Source: Gammaproteobacteria bacterium (GTDB lineage: Bacteria > Pseudomonadota > Gammaproteobacteria > Eutrophobiales > Eutrophobiaceae). Taken from it: a stretch of 64,000 nucleotides of DNA. Position 1 is the first letter of the stretch, and each line of letters opens with the position of its first letter. Position numbers and translations under genes: made by a program. The stretch is from assembly GCA_965222155.1 (NCBI GenBank), contig CBDCTH010000012.1, positions 2,816,001-2,880,000 of the forward strand, read 5' to 3'. Below, piece by piece: positions 24,355 to 35,152 of this stretch. Below the pieces are notes generated by a model. The model ran no database searches. It saw only the letters and a list, made by a program, of their open reading frames with translations, and was not told where the DNA came from.

Positions 24355-24927
24355 TCAGAGTAGGCGGTTGATGATGGCTTCCGCTTCTTCAGTCGGCAGG
24401 ATACCGGGCTTGACATGGGCCACTTGCCCGTTCCTGTCGATGATCACGGTATACGGCAGGGCGCCGATGTGGTTGCCATAGGCCTCGGCCAGTTTGATTA
24501 CCTCCAGTTCGCCCGCCAGCACCGGGTAGTTCATCCCGTTCTCCGCTACGAAGTCGCGCACCTCTTCCGGCCGCTGCAAGGCGATGCCGATGAATTGCAG
24601 TCCCTGCGCCTGGTACCTGGTTTGCAATACGACAAACTCCGGGACCTCCTTTAAACAGGGTGGACACCAGGTCGCCCAGAAATTCAGCGCGATCACTTTG
24701 CCGTCCCACTCACTGATTGATCGCATCTTTCCGTCCAGGTCCGGCAGCGTGAAATCCGGCCTGTGCCGGCCCAGCACCAGGGAGGCTGTGGTGGATTGTA
24801 CGGCTTTGCCGTTTTGTTCGGGAGATGTGCGGGCAACCTCGTCCTGCTGAAAGTGATACAGGCGCGACCCCAGGTAGGCGGAAACGAAAATCAGCCCTGC
24901 CAATGCCACCCATCCCGGTCTGTTCAT
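24355..24927 (-). CDS. TlpA/ResA family thiol-disulfide oxidoreductase
   Basis: N-terminal TM helix, NFWATWCPPC, ALPYTVIIDR. Confidence 0.92.
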   Translation of the reverse strand: MNRPGWVALAGLIFVSAYLGSRLYHFQQDEVARTSPEQNGKAVQSTTASLVLGRHRPDFTLPDLDGKMRSISEWDGKVIALNFWATWCPPCLKEVPEFVVLQTRYQAQGLQFIGIALQRPEEVRDFVAENGMNYPVLAGELEVIKLAEAYGNHIGALPYTVIIDRNGQVAHVKPGILPTEEAEAIINRLL

Positions 24928-26750
24928 GAGGTCAGTAACTTTGCCAGGTGCTGCAGGAACTGTTCCGGCTTGACGTAACCGATCAGGCGGTATTCCTGCA
25001 GTTCCTGCGCGTCCGTTCCGAAAAACAGGATGGCCGGTGGTCCGAACAGTTGAAAGCGTTCCAGCAGTTGCTGATCTTCGCTATCGTTCCGGGTCACGTT
25101 CGCCTGCACCAGGATGACGTCAGACAGGACCCGTTTTACCTCCGGTTCGGTAAACGTGTCGTGTTCCATCTCGATGCAGGTAACGCACCAGTCCGCATAA
25201 AAATCAAGCATCACGAATTTACCCGTCGTAGCGGCGGCAGTCAGCGTCCGGTCCAGGTCTGCGGCGCTCTTGATACGCTGGAATTCCAGGCTGCTTGAGG
25301 CGGCGGGCTTTCCGGCCAGGTGGGCAAGGGGACGTAACATATCGTCGGAACCCGACAGCGCGCCTGTGATCAAGGCGGCGGCATAGATCAGGCCGGCAAT
25401 GCCGACAGCCCTGAATACCTTGCCGCTGTGCCGGGTCCGGTCCAGCGCGCCCATGAGCAGCGCCGCGAGGATAACCAGCAGCGCCCACAATAACATGGCT
25501 ACGGCGCCCGGTATGACTCGTTCCAGGAACCAGATTGCCACGCCCAGCATAATGATGCCGAAGCCTTGCTTGACCTTCTCCATCCAGGGGCCGACCCGGG
25601 GCAGCAATGACCCGGCGGACGAACCGATGACCAGCAACGGCACGCCGAAGCCCAGACCCATCGAAAACAATGCCGCAGCGCCCAGTAACGCATCTCCGGT
25701 CTGGCTGATATACAGCAAGGCGCCGGCCAGGGGCGGCGCGACACAGGGGCCGACGATAATGGCGGACACCGCGCCCATCAGCGCGCTGGAATACAGGCCG
25801 GACACCTGCCCGGGCTGTGACAGGGAGGACAGCCGGGTCTGTATGGCTGCCGGCATGCGTAATTCATAAACCCCGAACATGGACAGGGCCAGGATGACAA
25901 AAACCAGGCTGAACGCACTGATCGCCCAGACATTCTGGGAAGCAGCCTGCAGGTTCACCTGGAAAGAACCGGCCAGCACCCCCAGCAAGGCGTAGGTCAG
26001 CGCCATGGCGAGGACGTAGGCAAGGGATAACGAAAATCCGCGCCGGGACGTCACGGTACCGGACTGTCCAACGATGATGCCGGACAGGATAGGGATCATC
26101 GGAAATACACAAGGGGTAAGCGACAGTAAGACACCGAAGGCAAAAAACGCGAGGACATTCAGGATGAGGCTGCCCTGTTTCAGCCGCGCGGTAATCCTGT
26201 CCTGGACTGAAAGCTGTGCCTGGCTCACCGGTTGTACGGTGGCGGAAAGGGTTTGGCCCAGGTCAACGGCGATCTCCTTTTGTTGCGGCGGGTAGCAGAC
26301 CGATCCCTCCTTGCAACCCTGATAACCCACCTGGAACAGGGCATCGGGGGTCACCGCCCTGCCGGGGACAAGCGCCACTTCAACAGCGACCAGTCCGGTG
26401 TTGACTTCAATCTCGCCAAAGGACTCATCCTGCTTGACCTGGCCGCGTGGTATCCGGATCGCTGTCTCATCAATCCTCACATCATCTGTCAGGGAGGCGA
26501 ACGAAAACTTGTCCCGGTAGAGGTAATATCCCTCTGCCACTACCCAGGTGAATTGCACGGTATCCGGATTGAGCGGCTCCGCGGTCAGTCGGAAAGCCTG
26601 GTCGGGATCCAGAATCCCATAATGGCTGAAACTGTCGTTATCGGATCCGACCAGGTTTTTCAGGCGTTCTCCGATGGATTGCGCGAATGCGGCAAGGGCA
26701 ACCAGGCACAGTAGCAGCGGGATTATCTGTCGTGGTTCAGGCATCTTCAT
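24924..26750 (-). CDS. dsbD: Protein-disulfide reductase DsbD
   Basis: GYYLYR, QGC...CYPP, LTPCVFPMIP, GPCVAPPL, DFYADWCVTC; start at 26750 or 26744, overlapping the cutA stop. Confidence 0.95.
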   Translation of the reverse strand: MKMPEPRQIIPLLLCLVALAAFAQSIGERLKNLVGSDNDSFSHYGILDPDQAFRLTAEPLNPDTVQFTWVVAEGYYLYRDKFSFASLTDDVRIDETAIRIPRGQVKQDESFGEIEVNTGLVAVEVALVPGRAVTPDALFQVGYQGCKEGSVCYPPQQKEIAVDLGQTLSATVQPVSQAQLSVQDRITARLKQGSLILNVLAFFAFGVLLSLTPCVFPMIPILSGIIVGQSGTVTSRRGFSLSLAYVLAMALTYALLGVLAGSFQVNLQAASQNVWAISAFSLVFVILALSMFGVYELRMPAAIQTRLSSLSQPGQVSGLYSSALMGAVSAIIVGPCVAPPLAGALLYISQTGDALLGAAALFSMGLGFGVPLLVIGSSAGSLLPRVGPWMEKVKQGFGIIMLGVAIWFLERVIPGAVAMLLWALLVILAALLMGALDRTRHSGKVFRAVGIAGLIYAAALITGALSGSDDMLRPLAHLAGKPAASSSLEFQRIKSAADLDRTLTAAATTGKFVMLDFYADWCVTCIEMEHDTFTEPEVKRVLSDVILVQANVTRNDSEDQQLLERFQLFGPPAILFFGTDAQELQEYRLIGYVKPEQFLQHLAKLLTS

Positions 26751-27105
26751 GCGTATTTTCGTCAATCCAGGATAAATATTCAGGCAAACCTCTATTGACA
26801 GGGACTCCGATGATTTCCGGAAGTTCATAAGGATGTAATTCCCTGATGCGCCGTTCCAGCGCCGGGTAGCTTGCCGAAGACGTCTTGATCAGCAGCAGGT
26901 GTTCATCCGTGCAATCCACTTTGCCCGCCCAGTGGAAATAGGATCGCAATCCGGGCAGCACCTGTACGCAGGCAGCCAGCTTGTCCTCTACCAGGTCAGC
27001 CGCGATGCGGCCAGCCGTCTCGGAGTCCGGACAGGTATTCAAGACCACCAGATATTCGGGTAACTCAGCGATGACTGTCTTTCCTGGATTATTGCGCATG
27101 CCCAA
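26737..27105 (-). CDS. cutA: Divalent-cation tolerance protein CutA (start uncertain)
   Basis: LVEDKLAACV, EHLLLIKT, HPYELPEII; upstream of dsbD. Confidence 0.93.
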   Translation of the reverse strand: MGMRNNPGKTVIAELPEYLVVLNTCPDSETAGRIAADLVEDKLAACVQVLPGLRSYFHWAGKVDCTDEHLLLIKTSSASYPALERRIRELHPYELPEIIGVPVNRGLPEYLSWIDENTHEDA

Positions 27106-27190
27106 ACATGCAGGTGAAAAAGGTATATAATAACCTACACTGGGTGGAACCTGCTTGAAAAATCATTTTTCTGCCAATACATTGATAATC

Positions 27191-27619
27191 ATGTTCAAGA
27201 TCCTTTTCCTGCTGTTTCTAACCATCCCCCTCATTGAAATTTATTTTCTCATACAGGTGGGACAGTACATCGGCGCATTGTCGACGATATTACTGTGCAT
27301 CCTGACCGCCGCCCTCGGCGCCATACTGCTGCGTATCCAGGGCCTGCTGACGCTGCTGCGGGCGCGCGAGAAACTGCACCAGGGTGAAATACCGGCTGAT
27401 CATCTACTGGAGGGGTTGATCCTGCTTATCGCCGGCGTCCTGTTACTGACCCCGGGCTTTGTCACCGACGTGATCGGCTTCCTGTGCCTGGTCCCTTCCC
27501 TGCGCTCACGACTGGCCCTGAAAATGCTCCACCAGGCATTTCATTCCGGTATACGGGAAAAAAATATCATCATCGAGGGAGAATTCCGGGAAGAGGACAA
27601 TCACCGGCGGCTGCATTAG
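27191..27619 (+). CDS. fxsA: FxsA family membrane protein
   Basis: PLIEIYFLIQVG, LLLTPGFVTDVIG, IIEGEF; divergent from cutA. Confidence 0.92.
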   Translation: MFKILFLLFLTIPLIEIYFLIQVGQYIGALSTILLCILTAALGAILLRIQGLLTLLRAREKLHQGEIPADHLLEGLILLIAGVLLLTPGFVTDVIGFLCLVPSLRSRLALKMLHQAFHSGIREKNIIIEGEFREEDNHRRLH

Positions 27620-27626
27620 TGCGCAG

Positions 27627-28349
27627 GTGCTGCCCCGGCATGTTGTAACCAGCAGCGTGACAACGGAAAAACAACAAAACATCATCGATTACCTATCCGG
27701 GTTCATTAACGAAGAGCGCCGGGAACGTTTGAGAAATATCCTCCATCAGAGAACCCGTCATATCACCGTCGTGCTGGAAGACATCTACCAGTCACAAAAC
27801 GCCAGTGCGGTCGTGCGTACCTGTGAATGCCTGGGCATACAGGAAATCCACGTCATCGAGAACCGGCATGAATACCGCCTCAATCCCGCCGTGGTGCAAG
27901 GGGCATCGAAATGGATCGACCTGATAAAACACAACCGGGCTGGGCAGGACAATACTCATGCCTGTATCGAACAACTCAAACAACGGGGTTATCGCATCAT
28001 CGCCATGGCGCCGGCGCCGGCCGCCAAGACCGTGGAACAACTGGATATCAGGGACAAACTCGCGCTCTGCTTCGGCTCGGAAGAACCGGGGCTTTCGGCA
28101 AACCTGCAAGCCCTTGCCGATGAAACCGTGAGAATCTCGATTCACGGTTTCACCCAAAGCTACAACCTGTCAGTCAGCGCAGGAATCAGCCTGTACACCC
28201 TGGACAGAAACCTGAGAAACTCCGGCATCAACTGGCAACTTGATGAGCGCGACGCCACAGACCTCTTTATCAAATGGCTGGCACGATCAACGCCTTCCGG
28301 TGAGCAGTTGCTGGAGAATTACCTGAAGCGACTGGAGGATTCGTCGTAG
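27627..28349 (+). CDS. trmH: SPOUT/TrmH family RNA 2'-O-methyltransferase
   Basis: VVLEDIYQSQNASAVVRTC, FGSEEPG, GFTQSYNLSVS. Confidence 0.85.
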   Translation: MLPRHVVTSSVTTEKQQNIIDYLSGFINEERRERLRNILHQRTRHITVVLEDIYQSQNASAVVRTCECLGIQEIHVIENRHEYRLNPAVVQGASKWIDLIKHNRAGQDNTHACIEQLKQRGYRIIAMAPAPAAKTVEQLDIRDKLALCFGSEEPGLSANLQALADETVRISIHGFTQSYNLSVSAGISLYTLDRNLRNSGINWQLDERDATDLFIKWLARSTPSGEQLLENYLKRLEDSS

Positions 28350-28375
28350 CTGGATACTGTGGAGCTACGGCGCAC

Positions 28376-28400
28376 CATTCCTGCGCAGGCAGGAATCCAG
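28376..28400. repeat. CGTC-type REP-like hairpin at the left island border
   Basis: cattcctgcgcaggcaggaatccag, same family as 14565-14592. Confidence 0.78.
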
Positions 28401-28431
28401 TCAAAGTAGTCATTCCTTAAGATAAGTAAGA

Positions 28432-30223
28432 CTAGCATTCCTTGTTTCACAATATGATCGACAAAAAGGTCAAGTTTTCAGGCGGCGATTTTGGCGCATT
28501 GGATGTGCTTCTCTATCATGTTTTCCACCCGTTTGACAGCAGCCACCAAGGGTCGGGACGGACTGAGGTCGGTCGGGTCGAACAACTGTGACAACCCGCC
28601 GCGCAGGAGCTGGCTGTGCATCTTGGTAAAGAACAGACCGATACGCAGCCCCGCACTCGTCACCCGATAGCGCCGGCTCGATGGTATCCGTTCAATCAAC
28701 CCGTGCAGTCGTAAGCGGCGCAGGTCATAGGTCATCTGTCCGCTACGGTACTACTGGGGTGTCTTGCCCAGGAGGTGGGCCACGTGCTCACGTAAGCCGG
28801 CGTGACGGAAGCCCTGCGGCAGCAGGGAGAACAACAGCAGGGCCTGGAGCAGCGCCATCACCCGCGGGGCCCCGAACTTCAGGGCCGCGGCAGTTTGCCC
28901 GGCTACCGTGCGCCGGCCTGTGACCCGGTCAAACACCCGCGCCCCGATGCGGCAGTCCTGGCTCAAGGTGTCGACGTGCAGTAAGCGTCGGTTGGCCGCA
29001 AAGCCGACCTCCCGCAGGGCGGGGAGGTTCACCAGTTTCTTGCCAATGCCAAAGTTGCGGGTATTATTGACCGTGGTTTCCGTGCGCAACGCCCGGTCTT
29101 CCTTGAAGTACTGTTTGATCTTCGAGTCCTGATAGCTGATATGCAGCGCCGGCGTGACGCCGGCCGTCACCACGCGGGTGCGCAACGCGCCCGGCGTGCG
29201 CCGGGTCACCCGTCGGTTGAAGAGCAAACTCACCTGGCTGGGGCGCCCCAGGTCCAGGTTCTCCCGAATCACTTCTTCAAAGAAGCAGCGGCCCGACAAG
29301 GGCCGGTCAAACACCTGGGTCCGGGCAAATTCCGCCTGCAGGATGGATAAGTCATAGTCAAACCCCGCCGCACGGTCCTCGGCCGTGAACGGCGCCGGCA
29401 GCCGTGCCAACCACTTGCGTACCACGCCCGCAATGCGTCGCTCGTCCAAGCCGTCGGCTAACGCCTGTGCCAGGTGGGGTTGCTCACACACAGGACAGCA
29501 AGCCGTTATCCAGTGCCCGACAGCCCACCCCGCGCTTGGCCAACTGTCGCTTGAGATACTCGCGACCGTTCAAACACACCCGCGCCGTGTACGGGAAGTA
29601 GCCAGCGAACTTGATGAACAGCGGGCCAAAGTCAGCCTCCACCAGGTAGACGTAGTACTGGTTGCACCTCACCGTCGTTCGACCCAACCAGGGAAATACC
29701 TGACCGCTCGCCGGGTTGAGTTTCTTCTCGACCCGGAAGCTGGCACACTGCTCCTGCGCCACGCCGATGTAGAGCACCCCTTCGTTCCCCTGAAACGACG
29801 ACAGGTAACCCTGCGTCACGTCATCCTTGCGTACCCCTTTCTCAAACCGTTCAATCACCACGCCCTCGGCCCGGGCAAACTGACGAATATGCTTGACAAA
29901 CGTCCGCGACAGGGGCGCCATCAGCGTCGTCGAGGCCACCTGCGCGCGCCGGTGCTGCTTGAAAAAATACGCCACCCCGGCCCCGGTCTGCAGCCGCGGT
30001 TGATACGCATTCAGGTACAGACGGTCAATGCACTCGATATCCAGTGTCACCTGGTCTTGTAGCAGATTACCTACGGTTTGCGTTATCATAGTCTCCGCTC
30101 CGGTTGCCATGGGGCGTAAGCCCCCCCCCACCGCCTGCGCGGTCATAACCAAAGTCTACCCGACTTCGGAGGTCAGCCGGCGCTCTTTTCATGGCTTGTC
30201 GGTATGAGGCGAAGCTTCGCTAG
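28432..30223 (-). mobile_element. Putative unclassified IS-like element; single ~530-codon gene (30089 to 28478) now broken into three pieces, with a C-terminal winged helix
   Basis: Pieces 29484-30089, 28751-29491 and 28478-28735 form one protein (DRLYLNAY...KIKQYFKEDRALRTETTVNN...MTYDLRRLRLHGLIERIP); CTAG at both inferred ends (28432, 30220); no terminal inverted repeats seen. Confidence 0.6.
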
Positions 30224-30434
30224 ATACTGGTTTCACGTGTCGGTCAGAAAGACAAAAGTCTCCTGATAAAAAAACGCGTTTGCCTGTTCGAAAATACTGC
30301 TCATAAAAAATATAACTTATAATCAAAATATTATGAATCATCATAAAAAAATTATAATTATAAATATGACGGCTTTTCACACGTTTCCGGCATTGGTACC
30401 AAGCTGAGTTTTTCTTCGGAGGTCTTTCACGGCG

Positions 30435-30605
30435 ATGCCCGATAATTCCACCCCTCGTCCCGGGATGCTTGCCACGGTACGCAACCGGCGCGGCGTCATC
30501 GCCGCCGTCAACCCCTTCGACGGCGAGACCGGGCGGCTGCATCTGGTCCACGTCGAATACAATGAACAAAACTATGAAGCGGGACAATCAGATATGTTCG
30601 AGTAA
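30435..30605 (+). pseudogene. N-terminal remnant of a DrmD-like SNF2 helicase (56 aa, not in the ORF track)
   Basis: ggagg RBS then MPDNSTPRPGMLATVRNRRGVIAAVNPFDGETGRLHLVHVEY, resembling the N-terminus of SNF2 helicases found upstream of large DUF1998 helicases; abrupt GC drop after about codon 43. Confidence 0.55.
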
Positions 30606-30675
30606 CTATAGGCGAGGTCAACCAAACTAGTTCTCTGCGTGGTATCATGCCGCAGTTCAGGGCGGGGTAATATCT

Positions 30676-31599
30676 ATGACTATTCATAAACAGCGTACAA
30701 TCTCGTATTTACGAGCTGTTTGGCCGCAACACATTTCTGTACCGATGACGCTGGAAAGTTGCTTGAGAAGTTGCTTACAAACATTTCCATACGCAGATGA
30801 TAGCCGCCTGAGTTTAGCAGATGGATCAGCAGAAATTCGCCATAGGAAAGATAGACCCGGGTTTCTTTGCCTTCACATCGCATCGTGGACCGATGGGGAG
30901 GAAATATCTACTGTTCCTCATCCCCCACCCCCGATGCTGATCTGTCTGCTCAAGCACCTGGAATTGACTGGGACTTTCTCGATGGCGACGGCATGGTGCT
31001 TGTAGCATCTGACCACTGTTTTTTAATGCCTAGCGGTCTACATCCTAAGTCGATTGAGCGCTATCTTCGTTTGCTGATTGTAAATGCAAGAAGCTATGGC
31101 GCACATATTCCTGATGAAATGGATCGCTTTGATCTACTCCCAATCGCCAACGACCGCGCCGTTCAAGAAGTGTTCTCAGGAAGAGGCATCAAAAACATTC
31201 ATCTAAACAGCGAGGCAAAATAATCACGTTAAATCAGAAAACATCGTTCAACGTCTTGGCCGCGAGATACTTTCAACATTAGTACATGCTGATGATGACC
31301 GACGACGAATAGAAGAGGCTGACAACGTGAATGCAAAGTTAATTATCTCTATCAACAGACGTAAGGCAGGCTTGAAACCAGAGGAACTCATACCAATTGC
31401 TCGTCAAGTTGTATCAGAGAGCGAGGATGATATTGAATTTGAGACGGTTGATGGAACACGCGTGAAAGCCGGACAATTAATCCTTAAGAAGACTGTTAAT
31501 GTTCACGCTTTCGCAAAGACCGTACGATACCAACATGCATGGGAAGAGATGGAAGTCTATTTCAGAGAACTCAATAATAATGGAGCGTTAGAACAGTGA
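30676..31599 (+). pseudogene. Frameshifted hypothetical protein (~300 aa in three frames), followed by a truncated membrane-protein start at 31596
   Basis: ORFs 30676-31005, 30867-31223 and 31327-31599 are consecutive with frameshifts near the C-run at ~30925 and near 31210; a GTGA-coupled hydrophobic ORF is cut by the IS5 end. Confidence 0.6.
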
Positions 31600-32433
31600 A
31601 GCGATGGATAGCCTATTCGCGTGTAGCCCTGCTACTTATTGGCATAGTCACAGGTCTAGTTAGTCGACCCTGAAAAACCCTGTTTCAGGTTGGCATTGAG
31701 GGGGCCGGTAGGGGCGGCAGACAGACAGGCTTGTGGCTCAACAGCGTGCTGGCGCCTGACAGACGAACAGACGCTCTGCGGCAGCCAACCCGCGTAGCCA
31801 AGCCAGTATAAGTATCCTTTTTTTGAGACAAAAAAACCTGAGTCGCCGCAGGATCAAGCGCAGGTTGTGGCCGGCACAACTCAACAGCACATTCAACTGG
31901 TCCCCGTCTGTCCCGTTCAGGTGATTGCGCCCCAACAGCCCATCGGCTTTCAAATGACCGATGACCGGTTCAATTGCCTGGCGGCGCTTGAGCGACCGTT
32001 TTAACCGCTGTGTCTTAATACCGCGCTTCTGCCCGGAGATGTACACCGTGGACTCGGTTTCATCATGCCCCCGATAACCCCGGTCTACAAACGCCTCGTC
32101 ACTACTCATCCCGGTCAAGCGCCGTACCTGTGCCAGGGCTTTTTTCAAGGTGTGGCCGTCATACGGGCTGCCCGGCACGGCCATACCCCCCACCACGAAG
32201 TTACTCTTGTTCGTGGTGGCAATGCTCGCCTTCACCCCGAATTCATAACGTTTAGCCACCTTGCCCTTACTGATACATTCCACCGCCGGCGCATGCAGGC
32301 TGTACAGCTTGTGTTTATCCTGCTTCTGCTGGGCCAGCAGTCGCTTGGCTAAGGCCAACTCGTCCGCAAACAGCGCCTGTCGGGCCGGATTGCCAGCGGT
32401 GTTACGCTCACTGTCACGTACTACCCGCCCCAG

Positions 32434-32489
32434 AGCCTGCCCCCCTGCTTACAACCGCAGGGGCAGGCTCTGTATGGAGTTGAGCAGGG
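32434..32489. repeat. Two nested copies of the 27-29 nt AGCCTGCCCC hairpin element inside the transposase gene
   Basis: agcctgccc[ccctgcttacaaccgcaggggcaggct]ctgtatggagttgagcaggg; removal restores the frame RTSLGRVVRD. Confidence 0.85.
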
Positions 32490-32884
32490 GGAGGTGCGTA
32501 ATCGCTTCACTTCGCGCCGCAGTCGCCGATACTGTTTGGCATGACCGTAGCGATTGGCCTGTTGCAGCGCCTTGGGTCCCTGGCGGGCAGTGCTCTGACG
32601 TACTGTGACCCCCTGCTTGCGACATCACCGTACCCGACGCGCTCGTGACCGGTTCAACAGCTTGCTGTCGGTCGCATAACTCACCGCCTGCTCCTGTACC
32701 GTGGTGTCCACCGTCACCCGTTTGAAGTCCGTCGTCTTCACTGCCTTGCTCTGCACCCCCAGCGCCACCGTCACCTGTAAAATCCGCGCACACCCCGCCG
32801 CCCCAATGCGTTGGCGACAGCGCGTCAGGCTGCTCGGGTCGACCGGCGCCTCATGCTGAACGTACACCGCCCCGCAGACAGACT

Positions 32885-34744
32885 GTCGAGTAGACCGGGG
32901 GAGTTTCACCCCCAGCCCCTCACAGAACCGAACGTGAATCTCTCGATTCATCCGACTCTTGTTATCCAACCGTTGCATGACCAAGTCGTTCCCAATGGAC
33001 AAAAAGATACGGGTTTCGCTGGGCCAGGTTGTTCACTCTCCGCCGGCTACGCCCGCGGTGCTCTTTGCGCGACTTATACTTCCTTCGGAGCCAGGCCCCG
33101 AGTCGCTCGTCAACGTACTTGAACAGTGTCCACATCTCTGTGGGGTAGCATCGCCCGTCGTACTGATCCCAGCCCCGTAGAACGGGATTGAGACTACGCG
33201 CACTATCTTCCAGCGGTCATGGCGCAGGCTGCGGCACGCGCCACCTCCGTATTCGGGCCCGCATCCGTTTGAGTGCTTGCGGGCTTACCGCCGGCAGGAA
33301 GTTGGTACAGATCTTCCCCCAACGGTTCTTTGCCCTGCGCAGTCGGAAGCAACAGCCAAGAAAGGTGAACTGGCTGTGGGAATAAGACCCCCGTCGATTG
33401 CTGTCCTGGCAGTAGACCACCTGGGTCTTCTCCGGGTGTAGCGTCAACTGGCAGGTGGCAAATCGCTCCTCCAGCGCCGACTTCAGCTTCTCCGCCTGCC
33501 ACCGCGTGCGGCAGCGGCAAACAGCGTCATCAGCATAGCGCTCGACCGGGACGTTCGGGTATTTCCGTCGCAGCCATTGGTCACACGCATAATGCAGACA
33601 CACATTCGCCAGCAGCGGACTGACCACCCCGCCTTGCAGCGTGCCGGTCAGTCTTTCCTGACTTGACCCCTCGGGTAATTCCACCGGCGCTTTCAGCTAT
33701 CGTTCGATGTCGATCAGCACCCCGTTCTCTTGGGTGTGCCGGCGAACCGCACGCCTCAGCAGCTCATGATCAATCGTGTCATAAAAGCCTTTGATGTCGA
33801 GGTCTACGACCCAGTCATATTCCCAGCCGCGCCTACGCGCCTGCTCCACCGCTTGATGGGCCGATTTGCCCGGTCCGAAGCCGTAGGAATCAGAGTCGAA
33901 CAGTACCTCCCACTCCGGCTCCAGATACTGCTTGACCACCCTCTGTGCAATGCGGTCCGAGACCGTCGGACTACCCAGAGGTCGGACCCCGCCCGCGGCC
34001 TTGGGAATCGCTACACGCCGTACCGGTGGCGGGAAGTAACTGCCCGACGCCAGCCGATTCCACAACTTGTACAGGTTAGTCTCAAGGTCCTGAGCAACGT
34101 CATCGAGACTCTGGCCATCGACGCCCGCCGCTTTTCCCTTCCCTTTCACCCACTTATAGGCCTCCCAGACCCTGCGCTTGGTGACCGGTAACGGTTTGTC
34201 TGAACCCCTCACACTCCTCCCGGTCGGCCCGGTTGATGTGACGGCCCAGACTGGATAACGCAACCCCTTCGCTCCAGCGCCATTACCGCCCCTTCTGCAC
34301 TACTACGGGTTGCTCCGACCCTGTCATGGGTATCGGTATTCTCCCTCGTGGTGTGAGCCACTTGTGGCTTTCCCTTAACACCCCATGCCAGGTGCCCACG
34401 TCCCGTGTTGAAGCCTGTGATGAGATCATGTCGCCTAATCACCGGGTGGCGCGCGGACCGTAAGCAGGCACCGTCCACACTTATCCGGGTGCTACTGACC
34501 GGCACCCGTTTTGACCGCGTCTTGAACCCATTTCGATGCGTCATCAGCGGTTCGCTCGCGCTCATCTTCTCATCACTCACCTGACGGCTTTATTGCCGCC
34601 TTTTCCTCATCGCTCACCACCACGTCTCTTACACGCAGCAGCAGGCGGTGGTTTGGAGCCTGCCCCTGCAGGCCGACTCCGGGAGGCCACACTCCCATCT
34701 TCAACACAGCTCCATCAGCGTCCCCGCTGATGTTCGTGGCACAC
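32885..34744 (-). mobile_element. Group II intron, bacterial class D-like (1860 nt)
   Basis: 5' GTGTGCC at 34744; domain V gagtcggatgaatcgagagattcacgttcggttc and domain VI ending ...ctactcgAC at 32885; excision restores the host transposase frame. Confidence 0.92.
32962..34212 (-). pseudogene. ltrA: Group II intron reverse transcriptase/maturase, inactivated
   Basis: AAGVDG, NLYKLWNRLASGSYFPPPVR, DLDIKGFYD, QGGVVSPLLAN, RYADD; internal stops at 33697 and 33217; no endonuclease domain evident. Confidence 0.9.
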
Positions 34745-35152
34745 GCCAGTACGGATTCTCCACCCAGCCCGACACCACCGCCTCATCGGATAACCCATAA
34801 CAATGCGTCAGATAGTGCAACCCCACCATTAACCGGGTCGGTTTCCCCGGACAGCCGTTATCCGGGCAGTACCGCGCACCGAATGCCTTATCAAACACCG
34901 ACCAGTCCACCCGGTCGGCCAGGCGATATAAAGCATGGCGTTGATTGAGCATAGTGTCCAGGCGTTCGCGGAACAGGTCGGTTGAGGCGCCGGTAGCGGC
35001 GTCAGGTTGTCTGGGCGTCATTTTTATCTCCGATATTGCAAGAAAATGAAGGTCCATGATACCAAAACCGGCAATATCAGTCCAGAAAAAATACAACTTA
35101 CATCAATATGATCAATGAATTAGAATGATTTATCGGGTTTTTCAGGGGCGAC

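Larger units (their letters stand above)
31738..35021 (-). pseudogene. IS5-family transposase, split by the intron, a TGA stop (32625) and a 56-bp insertion (32434-32489)
   Basis: Exons 35021-34745 and 32884-31738 join to give ...ENPYWQSVCGAVYVQHEAPVDPSSLTR... Confidence 0.88.
31663..35152 (-). mobile_element. IS5-family insertion sequence (inactive), carrying a group II intron and a nested mini-element
   Basis: Terminal inverted repeats gtcgaccctgaaaaaccc / gggtttttcaggggcgac (17/18), TA on both flanks; transposase motifs ENPYWQ, VDTTVQE, KLYSLHAPAVECISKGK, YEFG, DRGYRG, IEPVIGHLK. Confidence 0.92.

Noticed and set aside
30230-30385. AT-rich tract as a CRISPR leader or MITE
   Set aside because: No array follows, and the possible end match (acgtgt...gaaag / cttttcacacgt) is too weak to call. 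It may be an orphan IS end.
32962-34212. Reverse transcriptase as a retron, DGR or defence RT
   Set aside because: It is flanked by a group II intron 5' end and domains V/VI, excision restores the host gene exactly, and the motifs are of class D intron type.
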